Assembly: GCA_023380305.1 (NCBI GenBank)
Contig: JAMCQZ010000008.1
Coordinates: forward strand, 5,588 to 69,587
Reading direction: 5' to 3'
DNA length: 64,000 bases
Source: Patescibacteria group bacterium
Lineage (GTDB): Bacteria > Patescibacteriota > Minisyncoccia > UBA6257 > Colwellbacteraceae
Of the stretch, positions 22,162-33,377 are shown one piece after another (the stretch's first letter is position 1; the number at the start of each line of letters is the position of its first letter). A program made the translations under genes and the position numbers. The notes under the pieces are model-generated. The model ran no database searches and was not told where the DNA came from. It worked only from the letters and a program-made list of their open reading frames with translations.

Positions 22162-25100
22162 TTATCCTTGCACTGTTCTTACAAAAATACTGAAGTCTTT
22201 GACGTCGACCACGCCGTCTCCATTGAAATCGATTCTTTTCCGCGCGGCTTGGTCAGTTGAGTTCCATAACGACAAAAAAATGCTTAAGTCTTTGACGTCG
22301 ACCACGCCGTCTCCGTTAAGATCGGTCTGGGTAGTGAAAAGTTGGGAAACGTTGAAGAACACCTGTGGCGAAAATTCGCTTTGGCGGCCGTCGGTTAATC
22401 GTTGTCGAGTCTGCACCGCATGAGATCCATAATTAAGATTGCCCGTATTAAACAAAATCTTGTAAAAACCAGCGACGTCTGCCGAAGTGCCGTAATCAAA
22501 CGCTTGGCGGTCAACAGTGAAGCTAATGGCGCTCCGTGGCGTCGCATAGCCTTGAATAGTGGCAAAATCGCCTTTCGTAACAGATTCTCGCAGGATACTC
22601 ACAGTCGGAGAAACCACTATATTCTCTTCAAAGAGCGCGCCGGCGACATCCAATTTATAAGACCGGGTCTGCACCGAATGGCCGTCTCTATCGGTTACGG
22701 ATAAAGCGTAAGTATAAATCCCTCTTTCCGTCAGGCCGTTGAAACGCACTTCGAAATCTCCGTACGAAGAAGTGACGGTTGTTTGAGTCAAGGTTTTTAC
22801 AACGCCAGTCGTGTTATCAAGATAAACCAAGGCCACTTTGGCTCCGGGAAAAGCTTTGCCTCTGAAAAGAATATCTGCCCGGAAATATCCCGGCACAGGA
22901 GTTGGCGCGGCCGGTGGCGGCGGAGCGGCGCTCCAGATTGCCAAGGATGTTGCCGAAACATTAAGTCCGGTGGAAGCCGTGTCGCTCAAGGAGAAATTGA
23001 CTGTTTCAGAAACGCTGTCGGTAATGCTCGCCGCGCCGACGCCGCTTGCGATCGTCACCGCTCCTCCGCCGGTGGCCGAACCAGAAACAACCAAGGTGAC
23101 CGAGCCGTTAAAAGTCGTCGCCAGATTGTTACTATTATCGACGGCTTTGATGGTTACGGAAATCGGAGATCCGGTTTGCGCCGTGGCCGGCGAGACGCTC
23201 ATTATAAATTTCGTGGCCGTCACCACGAGCGGGGCGACGACGACCGACCGCGAGGCGTCAGTGATGCCAGCGGAACCATCCGGAGCCGTGGCATTGTCCG
23301 AAACAGTTATGACATAAGTGCCGGCCGTATCGTCGTAGTACCAGAAATTAGCCGTGGAAGCGCCGTTCGGGATATCAATCGATTGAATAACATTTGATCC
23401 GGTCGCAGCGTCATAGAACTTCTTATTTGATGAAGTCGAAGTCGAATACAAATAGATTATGGTCACGCCCGTAGTAATAGTGTTATTGAAGCTATCGAGC
23501 CGACTTACCGTATAGCCAAGCCTGGCGCCCGCCGTCATGTTCCCTGGATTATTTAAAGCGAATTTGGCGACCGTAGCCGCGGTAAAGGTCACCGTTTGGG
23601 TTGAAGAAACGTCAAGCCCGGTGGGAGCGGTGTCGCTTAAGGAAAGATTGACTGTCTCGGCAACGCTGTCGGTAATATTTGCCGTTCCGGTTCCGTTTGT
23701 AATCGTTACCACTCCTCCGCCAGTGGCCGAGCCGGAAACAACTATGGTAACCGAATTATTGAAAGAAGTATCCACGGAATTGTCGGCTCTTTGAGCTTGG
23801 ATAGTGACGCTGACTGGACTGCTGACAGTATTATTCGTAGGCGGCAGAATGACGAGTTTGGTGGCGGTTGATGGCAGGCTAGTTACCATAAGCGAATCCG
23901 CAGCATCAGCGATGCCAGCGGCTCCATCCGGAGCTGCGACATTGTCCGAAGCGGTAATAGTGTAGGTTCCCGGAGTATCGTCCACGTACCAAAAATCAGC
24001 TGATGAATTGCCGGCTGTAATATTGATCGAAATGATGATGTTTCCTCCGGAGGCGGCGTCATAAAACTTTTTGTTGGCGGAAGACGAGGAAGAATATAAA
24101 TAAGCTGTGTTGACGCCCGAAGTCGCCAAGTTTCCATATTGGTCTTTTCTCGTAACCGTATAGCTAGCCCGCGAATTGGCGACCACGCTTCCCGGATGAT
24201 TAAGGAAGAAAGCGGAGACGGCTCCCGGAGCGAAGATAACGGACTTGGTCGAAGAAACATCGAGCCCAGTGGAGTTGGAGTCGGTTAGAGAAAGATTGAC
24301 TGTCTCGGCGACGGTGTCGGAAATATTCCGAGTACCCTCACCATTAACGATATTGACCACTCCTCCGCCGGTGGCTGAGCCGGAAACAACCAAGGTGACC
24401 GAATTGGAATAAGTCCCTGCCAAGGCGCCTGAAGAATCCTGGGCCTGGACAGTAACGGCGATCGGATTGTCGACTGTCCCGTTTGCCGGTTGGATAATGA
24501 CAAATTTGGTGGCCGCAACAATAACAGTTAGTGAATCCGTCCCCGGAGTGAGCACTCCGGAGGAAACAGTAATAGTCCAGGTCCCGGCTTTGTCGTCGAA
24601 ATACCAGAAGTTAGCCGAAGAATTGCCTGAAGTGATATCAATGGAAGTGATGATATTCCCTCCGGAAGCGGCATCATAGAACTTGTAATTGCCGGTAGAA
24701 TTGGAAGATAAGCTGACGGTGGTGGTTCCGGAAGTCACTAAGTTACCAAAAGAATCTTTTCTCGTCACCGTGTAGCTCGCTCTGGTACCAGCCGAAATTG
24801 TTCCCGGATGATTCAAAAAAAGAGCCGAAGCAGAAGAAGGATTGACGACCAGCGAATCTGTTCCCGGAGTAAGCGCCCCGGAAGAAGCGGTAATCGTCCA
24901 GGTTTCTGGGAAATCGTCGTAATACCAGAAGCTGGCTGACGAATTGCCGGCCGTGATATTGATCGAAGTGATGATGTTTCCGCCAGAAGCGGCATCATAA
25001 AAAGCTTTGTTCGTTCCGGTGGAGTTCGAGGAGAGACTGACTGTTGTTGTTCCGGAAGTCACTAAGTTGCCAAAAGAATCCTTGCGGGTGACGGTATATC

Positions 25101-26262
25101 CCGCGCGAGTGCCGGCGGTGATCGGACCGGGATGATTCAAAAAAAGAGCGGAAGCGGAAGAAGGAGCGAAAGTAACGCTTCTTGTCGAAGAGACATCCAA
25201 TCCGGTTGATTGGGAATCGGTAAGAGACAAGGTGATGATCTCGGCAACATTATCCGTGATGTTTTTGGTGCCGACACCATTTGTAATCGTGATCAATCCG
25301 CCGCCGGTCGCCGAACCCGTGGTGTTTAAGGTAACACCTTGATTGTAGGTTGTATCAACGCTGCCGTAGCTATCTTGAGCCTGGATAGTGATTGTAAGCG
25401 GGACGCCGGCTGTTCCTGGTCCCGGATCCAAGATGACGAATTTAGTGGCGGAAACAATCACAGTTAGCAAGTCTGTTCCCGGAGTGAGCGCTCCAGAAGA
25501 AGCGGTGATGGTCCAGGTGCCGGCTTTGTCATCCGTATACCAGAAATTGGCCGATGATGAACCATTATTAATATTGATTGAGGTGATGATATTGCCTCCG
25601 CTTCCCGCGTCATAAAAATTAAAATTGCCGGTGGAATTGCTCGATAGCGAAACGCCAATTGTTCCGCTGGTCACCAAATTGCCGAAAGAATCCTTGCGGG
25701 TGACGGTATAGGCCGCGCGAGTGCCGGCCGAGATTGTCCCCGGATGGTTTAAAAAAAGAGCCGAGGCGGAAGCGGGGTTAACAATCAAATTGTCAGTGCC
25801 GGAAGTAAATCCGGATTGAGAAGCGGTAATCGTCCAAGTCCCGGCGAGCTCGTCGTAGTACCAAAAATTAGCGGAAGACGATCCATCAGGAATAGTGACC
25901 GAAGTGATGATGTTGCCCCCGGAAGCGGCATCATAGAATTTCTTGTTAGCTCCAGTTGAAGAGCTCGACAGATTGACGACAGTCGAACCGATTGTCACCA
26001 AATTGCCGAAAGAATCCTTGCGGGTGACGGTATATCCCGCGCGAGTGCCGGCGGTGATCGGGCCGGGAGAATTAAGGGTAAAAACCGAAGCCACGTCAGT
26101 TACCATCACCGTCGGTGAAGAAGCAATATTAGTTAAAGTTCCGGAATCGGAAACTCTCGATTGGGTGGTAAAAACAGAATTGCCGACCGTACTCGTGGCC
26201 GTGGCGCCGCTTGCTCCGCCGCCAGCTCCGTAGATAACGGTAATGGTTTGCGGAGAAGCCAA
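22162..26262 (-). CDS. C-terminal part of giant repeat surface protein with type I dockerin
   Basis: Ten ~100-aa beta repeats (AABAABABAB), Pro linker, duplicated DLNGDGVVDVKDLS / DFNGDGVVDVKDFS; no signal peptide; in frame with the upstream ORF. Confidence 0.85.
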   Translation of the reverse strand: MASPQTITVIYGAGGGASGATATSTVGNSVFTTQSRVSDSGTLTNIASSPTVMVTDVASVFTLNSPGPITAGTRAGYTVTRKDSFGNLVTIGSTVVNLSSSSTGANKKFYDAASGGNIITSVTIPDGSSSANFWYYDELAGTWTITASQSGFTSGTDNLIVNPASASALFLNHPGTISAGTRAAYTVTRKDSFGNLVTSGTIGVSLSSNSTGNFNFYDAGSGGNIITSININNGSSSANFWYTDDKAGTWTITASSGALTPGTDLLTVIVSATKFVILDPGPGTAGVPLTITIQAQDSYGSVDTTYNQGVTLNTTGSATGGGLITITNGVGTKNITDNVAEIITLSLTDSQSTGLDVSSTRSVTFAPSSASALFLNHPGPITAGTRAGYTVTRKDSFGNLVTSGTTTVSLSSNSTGTNKAFYDAASGGNIITSINITAGNSSASFWYYDDFPETWTITASSGALTPGTDSLVVNPSSASALFLNHPGTISAGTRASYTVTRKDSFGNLVTSGTTTVSLSSNSTGNYKFYDAASGGNIITSIDITSGNSSANFWYFDDKAGTWTITVSSGVLTPGTDSLTVIVAATKFVIIQPANGTVDNPIAVTVQAQDSSGALAGTYSNSVTLVVSGSATGGGVVNIVNGEGTRNISDTVAETVNLSLTDSNSTGLDVSSTKSVIFAPGAVSAFFLNHPGSVVANSRASYTVTRKDQYGNLATSGVNTAYLYSSSSSANKKFYDAASGGNIIISINITAGNSSADFWYVDDTPGTYTITASDNVAAPDGAAGIADAADSLMVTSLPSTATKLVILPPTNNTVSSPVSVTIQAQRADNSVDTSFNNSVTIVVSGSATGGGVVTITNGTGTANITDSVAETVNLSLSDTAPTGLDVSSTQTVTFTAATVAKFALNNPGNMTAGARLGYTVSRLDSFNNTITTGVTIIYLYSTSTSSNKKFYDAATGSNVIQSIDIPNGASTANFWYYDDTAGTYVITVSDNATAPDGSAGITDASRSVVVAPLVVTATKFIMSVSPATAQTGSPISVTIKAVDNSNNLATTFNGSVTLVVSGSATGGGAVTIASGVGAASITDSVSETVNFSLSDTASTGLNVSATSLAIWSAAPPPPAAPTPVPGYFRADILFRGKAFPGAKVALVYLDNTTGVVKTLTQTTVTSSYGDFEVRFNGLTERGIYTYALSVTDRDGHSVQTRSYKLDVAGALFEENIVVSPTVSILRESVTKGDFATIQGYATPRSAISFTVDRQAFDYGTSADVAGFYKILFNTGNLNYGSHAVQTRQRLTDGRQSEFSPQVFFNVSQLFTTQTDLNGDGVVDVKDLSIFLSLWNSTDQAARKRIDFNGDGVVDVKDFSIFVRTVQG

Positions 26263-26286
26263 AGCAAGCGTGCGGACATTGATGGC

Positions 26287-27924
26287 CTATCCGATAAATG
26301 TCGGATTTCCCGGACCGAGCAAAACATCGTCTAAATAGACCGTCCGCGCGCTCACGTTAGCGTTGTATTTTAGGCCGTAGCTCAAGATACTCGAACGCGT
26401 TCCGCTTAAAGTAAGCTTCTGATACGTCCAGGTATTGGCCGAAAGAGCCGAGAGATTAAGGCTCGCTATCGGGCTCGCAAGCCCGGCCGAACTTGAATAT
26501 TGAAACTGGATGTCGCCGGCCGCAGCCGCTACAGTGGAATAAATCCAGAAACCAACCGTAGTGTATCCAGACCAGTTATTAGCTATGCTTAGATTTTCGT
26601 ACCAATAATCGCCGTTCACGGCATGCGAAGAAATGACGTTTTGGAGAGAGCCGATGCCTTCGTGCTTGGTCGCCGCGCTTGTCGAAAGAACCAACGTATC
26701 GGCGCTCGGCGCGGTCCAGTTCAAAATAGCGTCACAATTATCGATCTGTTTGCCGATGGCGTCGATATCGATATTGACCGCTCCGGTATTAACAACCCTT
26801 TCCAGGCCGTATGATTTTTGAATGATGTTTGAAGAGTTGGGCGCGCTCAAAACCACATATGTCCAGGTATTTGCGGCGAGAGCCGGAATATTGACCGTGT
26901 CGAGGGGCGAGCCGAAATCGGCTGAATTATCATCCTTCCAGACAAAATCCCCGGCATTCAAAGCAATGTTCGACCTGATCCAAAAACTAACTTTGCCTCC
27001 AGGGCCGATGACGAAATTGCCGTTATTGCTGTAGCACTGACCGGCGGTGCCGATTCCGGCTCCGGCAGCGTAGGCGCAACGGATGGCGGCGCTACCCTCC
27101 ATATAATTTCCAGCTGTGTTTAAAAGCGACCGGGTGATGCTTCCGTCGCTTTTCCAAGCAGTCAAAGAATCGGCTGCGTCGAAAAGCGGAGAGATGGAAT
27201 CGGTTTTGACGGTCGCCGCTCCAATGTCGGTTGTATAACGCAAGCCGTAAGACAAAATCGAAGTCCTTGTCGCCGCTCCGAGCGTCACCGAAGTGTAATG
27301 CCAGGTGTTCGCCGCCAAAGCCGGAATGGCGATGGTGTCGAGCGGACTCGCGAGATTCGCCGAATCATCGTCTTGCCAGGAAAGATCTCCCGAGGCAGTG
27401 GCGACGCTCGATTTCAAAAAAAGGCCGACGCGGAGATTGATGGCGTTGGCATCGCCCCAATTAGAGGCTGCGCCGTAATTAAAATACCATTGTTCGTTAG
27501 CGACGGCTGTGGAGCTGATTGTATTTGCTAAAGATCCTGTTCCTTCCGACTTGTCGCCAGTGTCGATGGATAAAGCCATGTGGTTCGATGAAAACCAGTT
27601 AGTCGTCGTATCCAAATTATTTCTGACATCGGCAATGGTTCCGGTCGAACTCGCCGTGGTGTATCCGACAACGCCGTTTATTCCCTGGGGAGCGCTCCAA
27701 CCGGCCGGCGCGGTGATACCGATGCCGCCGGAATCCATCAGCTCGGCTGCGGTAAAAGTAAAAGTCAAAGTATTGCCGGTTGAATTGCGGATAGCCGCCG
27801 TCGGCGTTACCGTGTTCGTTCCCGAACCGTCGGCCGCCAAAGCCGCCTTGATTCCGAGCGTAAACGCAAGCAATAATAAGGCCGCAAAATATAGCTTTAT
27901 TTTATGGAGATAGCTAAAAAACAT
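26287..27924 (-). CDS. N-terminal part of the same giant protein (signal peptide, 3 CBM-like repeats), ending at an in-frame TAG
   Basis: Signal peptide ...ALA-ADGSG; three SP(L/I)...AL.ANTW.Y...SYGL repeats; frame continues after TAG 26287-26289. Confidence 0.85.
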   Translation of the reverse strand: MFFSYLHKIKLYFAALLLLAFTLGIKAALAADGSGTNTVTPTAAIRNSTGNTLTFTFTAAELMDSGGIGITAPAGWSAPQGINGVVGYTTASSTGTIADVRNNLDTTTNWFSSNHMALSIDTGDKSEGTGSLANTISSTAVANEQWYFNYGAASNWGDANAINLRVGLFLKSSVATASGDLSWQDDDSANLASPLDTIAIPALAANTWHYTSVTLGAATRTSILSYGLRYTTDIGAATVKTDSISPLFDAADSLTAWKSDGSITRSLLNTAGNYMEGSAAIRCAYAAGAGIGTAGQCYSNNGNFVIGPGGKVSFWIRSNIALNAGDFVWKDDNSADFGSPLDTVNIPALAANTWTYVVLSAPNSSNIIQKSYGLERVVNTGAVNIDIDAIGKQIDNCDAILNWTAPSADTLVLSTSAATKHEGIGSLQNVISSHAVNGDYWYENLSIANNWSGYTTVGFWIYSTVAAAAGDIQFQYSSSAGLASPIASLNLSALSANTWTYQKLTLSGTRSSILSYGLKYNANVSARTVYLDDVLLGPGNPTFIG

Positions 27925-28054
27925 CGATTTGTAATTTCGCTATCAAACAACCAAAGCTGCTGGAGAGACTTTAAAGGAAAAAATCGGGCTACAAATTCAG
28001 AGTGATTTTATTATAGCACATAGCCGCGCAAAAACCATAGCAATATCCATAGAA

Positions 28055-29089
28055 TCACCAGATAAGCATGCCATCTCCGAAAGAAAAAAGGGAAAATCCC
28101 TTGGTGATGGCTTTTTTGTAAAGCCCGAGAATTTTTTCCCGGCCGACAAAAGCAGCGACGAGTATGAGTAGGCTCGATTTCGGCACGTGGAAATTAGTAA
28201 TCAAGCCGTCGATGTATTTGAATCGATAGCCTTCCTTGATGAAAAGATTTGTCTCCCCGATTAATTCAGAAAGTTTTCCTTGCTGGCCGCTGGCTGACTC
28301 AAGCGTCCGAACCACGGTCGTGCCGACGGCGATGATCGGCCGGCCCGCTGATTTGGCCTTGTTTAAAAAATCGGCGACAGCAGGCTTAATTTCGTAATAC
28401 TCTTTGTGAAGCCTGGACTCCTCCACCTGTTCTGGAGTCAGTTTGGCGAAAGTGCCCAAATTGACGTGTAAAGTGATAAACTTCAGATCAAATCCGGATT
28501 TCCGCAATTTCGACATCAGCCTTTTGGTAAAATGGAGCGAAGCGGTCGGTGCAGCTACCGAACCTTTGATTTTCGCGAAAACCGTCTGGTATTTTTGTTT
28601 GAGTTCAGATTCCTTGAGGGGCGAATGCTTGATGTAGGGCGGAATAGGCGTTTCTCCAAAGCGTTCCAAAATTTCCATGACGCGGCCGACTAAAAACGAC
28701 GGTTTAAAAAAATGAACATTCTCCTCTTGACGGACAAGAATTAAAGTTTCTTTTTCCCCAAAAAAGATTTTTTCTCCCGAATGGATTTTGCGGTCAACAA
28801 TAAACTTAAGCAATCCCTTCTCCGTCCCGAGGTAGAGCAACTGGATCTTGCCACCGGTCGCTTTCCTCGCCCAGATTCTCGCCGGCACCACTTTGGTTTC
28901 GTTAAAAACCAAGACGGCCCCCTTGGGTAGATAACAGCCGAGGTCGCGAAAAATATCGAAAGCAATCTTGCCCGTCTTCCGGTTGTAGACCAAAAGCCTG
29001 GCGCTGTCCCGCGGACTGGCCGGCTTCTGGGCAATCGCCATTTCCGGAAACGAATAATCGTAAAGCGCGAGCAGTTTCTCGAAATCCAT
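28055..29089 (-). CDS. queA: SAM:tRNA ribosyltransferase-isomerase
   Basis: IAQKP, VFNETKVVPAR, PIPPYI, GSVAAPTASLHFT, AVGTTVVRTLES, TNFHVPKSSL, FSFGD. Confidence 0.97.
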   Translation of the reverse strand: MDFEKLLALYDYSFPEMAIAQKPASPRDSARLLVYNRKTGKIAFDIFRDLGCYLPKGAVLVFNETKVVPARIWARKATGGKIQLLYLGTEKGLLKFIVDRKIHSGEKIFFGEKETLILVRQEENVHFFKPSFLVGRVMEILERFGETPIPPYIKHSPLKESELKQKYQTVFAKIKGSVAAPTASLHFTKRLMSKLRKSGFDLKFITLHVNLGTFAKLTPEQVEESRLHKEYYEIKPAVADFLNKAKSAGRPIIAVGTTVVRTLESASGQQGKLSELIGETNLFIKEGYRFKYIDGLITNFHVPKSSLLILVAAFVGREKILGLYKKAITKGFSLFSFGDGMLIW

Positions 29090-30225
29090 CAGATCTTGCC
29101 TTTCTTGATATCTTCGCGAATTTTCTCGACGTAGCTGTTGAAAAAAAAGAGGTTGTGCATGGTGAGGAGCTTTAAGCCGGTAATTTCTTTGGCACGGATC
29201 AGATGGCTGATGTAGCTTCTCTTATATTCTCCGCAAACCGGACAACCGCATTTTTTGTCGAGCGGACCCTTATCTTTCAAAAAAACCGCCTTATTCAAAT
29301 CGAGCCTCCCCGAAGAAATGAAGGCGATCCCCCTCCGGCCGTAATGCGTCGGCATGGTGCAATCAAAGGTGTCCACTCCGGATTTGATAATCTTCGGAAT
29401 ATCCTCAAGGTAGCCGATTCCTAAAAGATGTCTCGGCTTTTGTTCGTCGAGCTCGTTATTCACCCAGCCGAGCATCTTCACCATTGTTGCCTTATCGTCT
29501 CCGAATTCCCCGCCGATGGCGTAACCGTCGAATCCCAGAGAATCGATGAACTTGGCCGAGGCGATCCGCAAGTCCCTAAATTTTCCTCCCTGAACAACAC
29601 CGTAAAGGGCCTGTTTTGATTTTTTGGCTTTTAAGCAGGTCGCGGCCCAACGATGGGTTCTCTCCAGGGATTTTTCGGTGTAAGTGCGGCCGGCTATGGG
29701 CGAAGTGCACTCGTCGAAAGCGAGAATAATATCCGCTCCCAGGTCTTCCTGGATTTTGATCGATTCTTTCGGCCCCAGAAACATTTCGCGGCCGTCGAGA
29801 TATGATTTGAAGTAAACGCCGTCATCGGTGATTTTCAGGTGTCTCGGTTGCCTCCCCTCTTCGAGGATTTCTTCCGAGCTCGATTTCAGAATCTTGCCCA
29901 TGCCGAAATCGCGGCCAAAGCCCAAGCTGAAAACCTGGAACCCGCCGGAATCGGTCATCAGCCCCGATTTCCAATTCATGAATTTGTGCAGGCCGCCATT
30001 CTCCTTGATAATTTTTTCTCCGGGCCGCAGATGCAAATGGTAGGTGTTACAGATGAGAAGTTTCGATTTTATTTGAGCCACTTCCTCGGAAGTCAGGGTT
30101 TTGACGACCGCCTGGGTGGCCACCCCGACCAGAGTCGGAGTCTCGATCTCGCCGTGGGGAGTCTTTAAAATTCCGAGCCGGGCGCGGCTCTTGTCGGACT
30201 TTTTTAAAATCTTGAATTCGATCAT
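29089..30225 (-). CDS. tgt: tRNA-guanine transglycosylase
   Basis: NTYHL, TDSGGFQVFSL, FDEC, VQGG, HLLGIG, DTFDC, CGCPVC...H zinc site. Confidence 0.97.
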   Translation of the reverse strand: MIEFKILKKSDKSRARLGILKTPHGEIETPTLVGVATQAVVKTLTSEEVAQIKSKLLICNTYHLHLRPGEKIIKENGGLHKFMNWKSGLMTDSGGFQVFSLGFGRDFGMGKILKSSSEEILEEGRQPRHLKITDDGVYFKSYLDGREMFLGPKESIKIQEDLGADIILAFDECTSPIAGRTYTEKSLERTHRWAATCLKAKKSKQALYGVVQGGKFRDLRIASAKFIDSLGFDGYAIGGEFGDDKATMVKMLGWVNNELDEQKPRHLLGIGYLEDIPKIIKSGVDTFDCTMPTHYGRRGIAFISSGRLDLNKAVFLKDKGPLDKKCGCPVCGEYKRSYISHLIRAKEITGLKLLTMHNLFFFNSYVEKIREDIKKGKI

Positions 30226-30261
30226 GCCGCATAAGTCATAACATGAAAATCATCGGTCGGC

Positions 30262-30292
30262 AAAAACCCCGCGGTTTGACCGCGGGGTTTAA
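30262..30292 (-). terminator. Intrinsic terminator after DUF5667 gene
   Basis: AAACCCCGCGG-tttga-CCGCGGGGTTT. Confidence 0.8.
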
Positions 30293-30307
30293 AATATCGG
30301 CAGCGCG

Positions 30308-31345
30308 CTAATGGCTGACCGCGGCGTTGGAATTCGCCGTTGGATTGACTTTGGCCGCTGGCTGCGCTTTACCGCGCGCGGAATCGGCCGAAGATGAATG
30401 AGGAGTAACTGCATTCAAGTTCTGCGTTTTTAAAGTCGGCAAGATGTTCTTGACAGCGTTCACAATGTCGCTTGCTGTCGGCGCGGCGGATGTTGCGGAA
30501 ATACTGTCCGTCGTTGGGGCCTGCGGCAACTGGTTCTCTGGAACGGTTTGATTTGTGGTCGTCGGCACGGCGGCCGGAGCTACGGCGGGCGTCGTCGGAA
30601 TCACAGGGCATCCCGTCATCATCTTTAGAAGAATCGGTCTTTGAAGATTATAGGCGGTGTCGCTGATTTTCTTTTCTTGATAAAGGCTGTCCAGCTCGGC
30701 AACCTTCGCGCTGATGCGGTTACAGTATTCTCCCGGAGTGCCCGCCGAAAGCCTTAACCTTTCTTGGATTTTTTCAACGGCCTGAGCCGCGGCCTGACTC
30801 TTGGTGGCGGCGACAGCCGCCGCATCCTCAATAGCGCTCTGACTCGACGAAACAGCCTCTTTGATATCCTTCGCTTCTCCAGCCTTCTGAATCAAGGATT
30901 TGAACAAATCTTCATGTTTGGCCGCAGCGTCGGTAAATTTTTGGATCAATTTATCGATATTCGGATTGTTCGAAGTATTTTTTAACGCCTCGAAATGCGC
31001 CTTCAATCTTTCCTGGCTCGCCTGGTAATTAGCGAGAGCTTTGGTAAGAGCGGTTACATTCTGCGGCTCTGTCTGATCCACGGCCTTGACTTCGGCCGCT
31101 TTTTCTTCAGCAATCTTCAACTCGGTATTGGCCTTTGCTTCAGCTCCGAAAGAAAAGGCCCTTTGGAGACTCCGCCTCCATTCCTTAAGAAAATAAAACG
31201 GGCTCGACGGCAAAAGACCCGAATCAGCCTCGGCTGTAGGGGCAGCCGTAGTCGTATCAGTCGCGGTAGTCGTAGTCTGTGCTAAGGCGTTTCCGGAAAT
31301 CAAAATGATTCCGAGAAATGCGATTAATAAAAGTTTGTTTCTCAT
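30308..31345 (-). CDS. Secreted DUF5667-domain protein with low-complexity tail
   Basis: Signal peptide; GLLPSSPFYFLKEW...AEEKAAE. Confidence 0.82.
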   Translation of the reverse strand: MRNKLLLIAFLGIILISGNALAQTTTTATDTTTAAPTAEADSGLLPSSPFYFLKEWRRSLQRAFSFGAEAKANTELKIAEEKAAEVKAVDQTEPQNVTALTKALANYQASQERLKAHFEALKNTSNNPNIDKLIQKFTDAAAKHEDLFKSLIQKAGEAKDIKEAVSSSQSAIEDAAAVAATKSQAAAQAVEKIQERLRLSAGTPGEYCNRISAKVAELDSLYQEKKISDTAYNLQRPILLKMMTGCPVIPTTPAVAPAAVPTTTNQTVPENQLPQAPTTDSISATSAAPTASDIVNAVKNILPTLKTQNLNAVTPHSSSADSARGKAQPAAKVNPTANSNAAVSH

Positions 31346-31371
31346 GGTTTCATTATAACAAACTCCAAAAC

Positions 31372-31397
31372 AAAAAGAGGCCCCGAAGGTCTCTTTT
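31372..31397. terminator. Bidirectional-type terminator downstream of the Cys-rich peptide
   Basis: AAAAAGAGGCC-ccgaa-GGTCTCTTTTT. Confidence 0.75.
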
Positions 31398-31411
31398 TGC
31401 TTTATTTATGT

Positions 31412-31528
31412 CTATCCTTCGCTGCTACATTCGCACTCGTCAGATCTCTTGCCACAACCGCTGCAGACGCCGTTTTTGATTTCCCTGCCGCATTTTTTGC
31501 AAGGTGTGCATCCGCAAGTCTGACACAT
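31412..31528 (-). CDS. 38-aa Cys-rich peptide, metallothionein-like
   Basis: MCQTCGCTPCKKCGREIKNGVCSGCGKRSDECECSSEG*; TGCTATAAT promoter, AAAGGTCG motif, terminator. Confidence 0.75.
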   Translation of the reverse strand: MCQTCGCTPCKKCGREIKNGVCSGCGKRSDECECSSEG

Positions 31529-31620
31529 ATTGAAGTTGACGCTTACGACCTTTCCCGCATTATAGCACGCCCCGAAAACCGATCCCGGGACCGAGCCTTA
31601 ACACGGCTTCAGGCCTGCCT

Positions 31621-31791
31621 TTAACGGACTTGACACAACTTATAGAGAACGTAAACAACAACGCCCCAGCCGATGCTCACAAAAATGGCGCCGCCCAGAA
31701 ATCCCGACAAAGAAGAGGCCAATGTTTTTCCTATCTGGAATTTAAATCGTTTGTTCTCCCTGCAAACGAACTCATCGGATATTTTTTCCAT
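31621..31791 (-). CDS. 56-aa single-TM small protein
   Basis: MEKISDEFVCRENKRFKFQIGKTLASSLSGFLGGAIFVSIGWGVVVYVLYKLCQVR*; TATAAT 8 nt before ATG. Confidence 0.7.
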   Translation of the reverse strand: MEKISDEFVCRENKRFKFQIGKTLASSLSGFLGGAIFVSIGWGVVVYVLYKLCQVR

Positions 31792-31822
31792 ATCTAATAA
31801 TTATATCACGAAGCGCGATCGA

Positions 31823-33297
<1,475 letters not shown>

Positions 33298-33377
33298 ATC
33301 CGTTCACCTCCTTTGAAATCAATGAGCGAAACTGGCCTTATTGTCTTCCAAACAACAATTTTCCGCAAGCGCGGAAC

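Noticed and set aside
22162-27924. Diversity-generating retroelement target or genome-wide amber recoding
   Set aside because: No reverse transcriptase or TR/VR pair was seen, and TAG terminates ordinary genes in the window.
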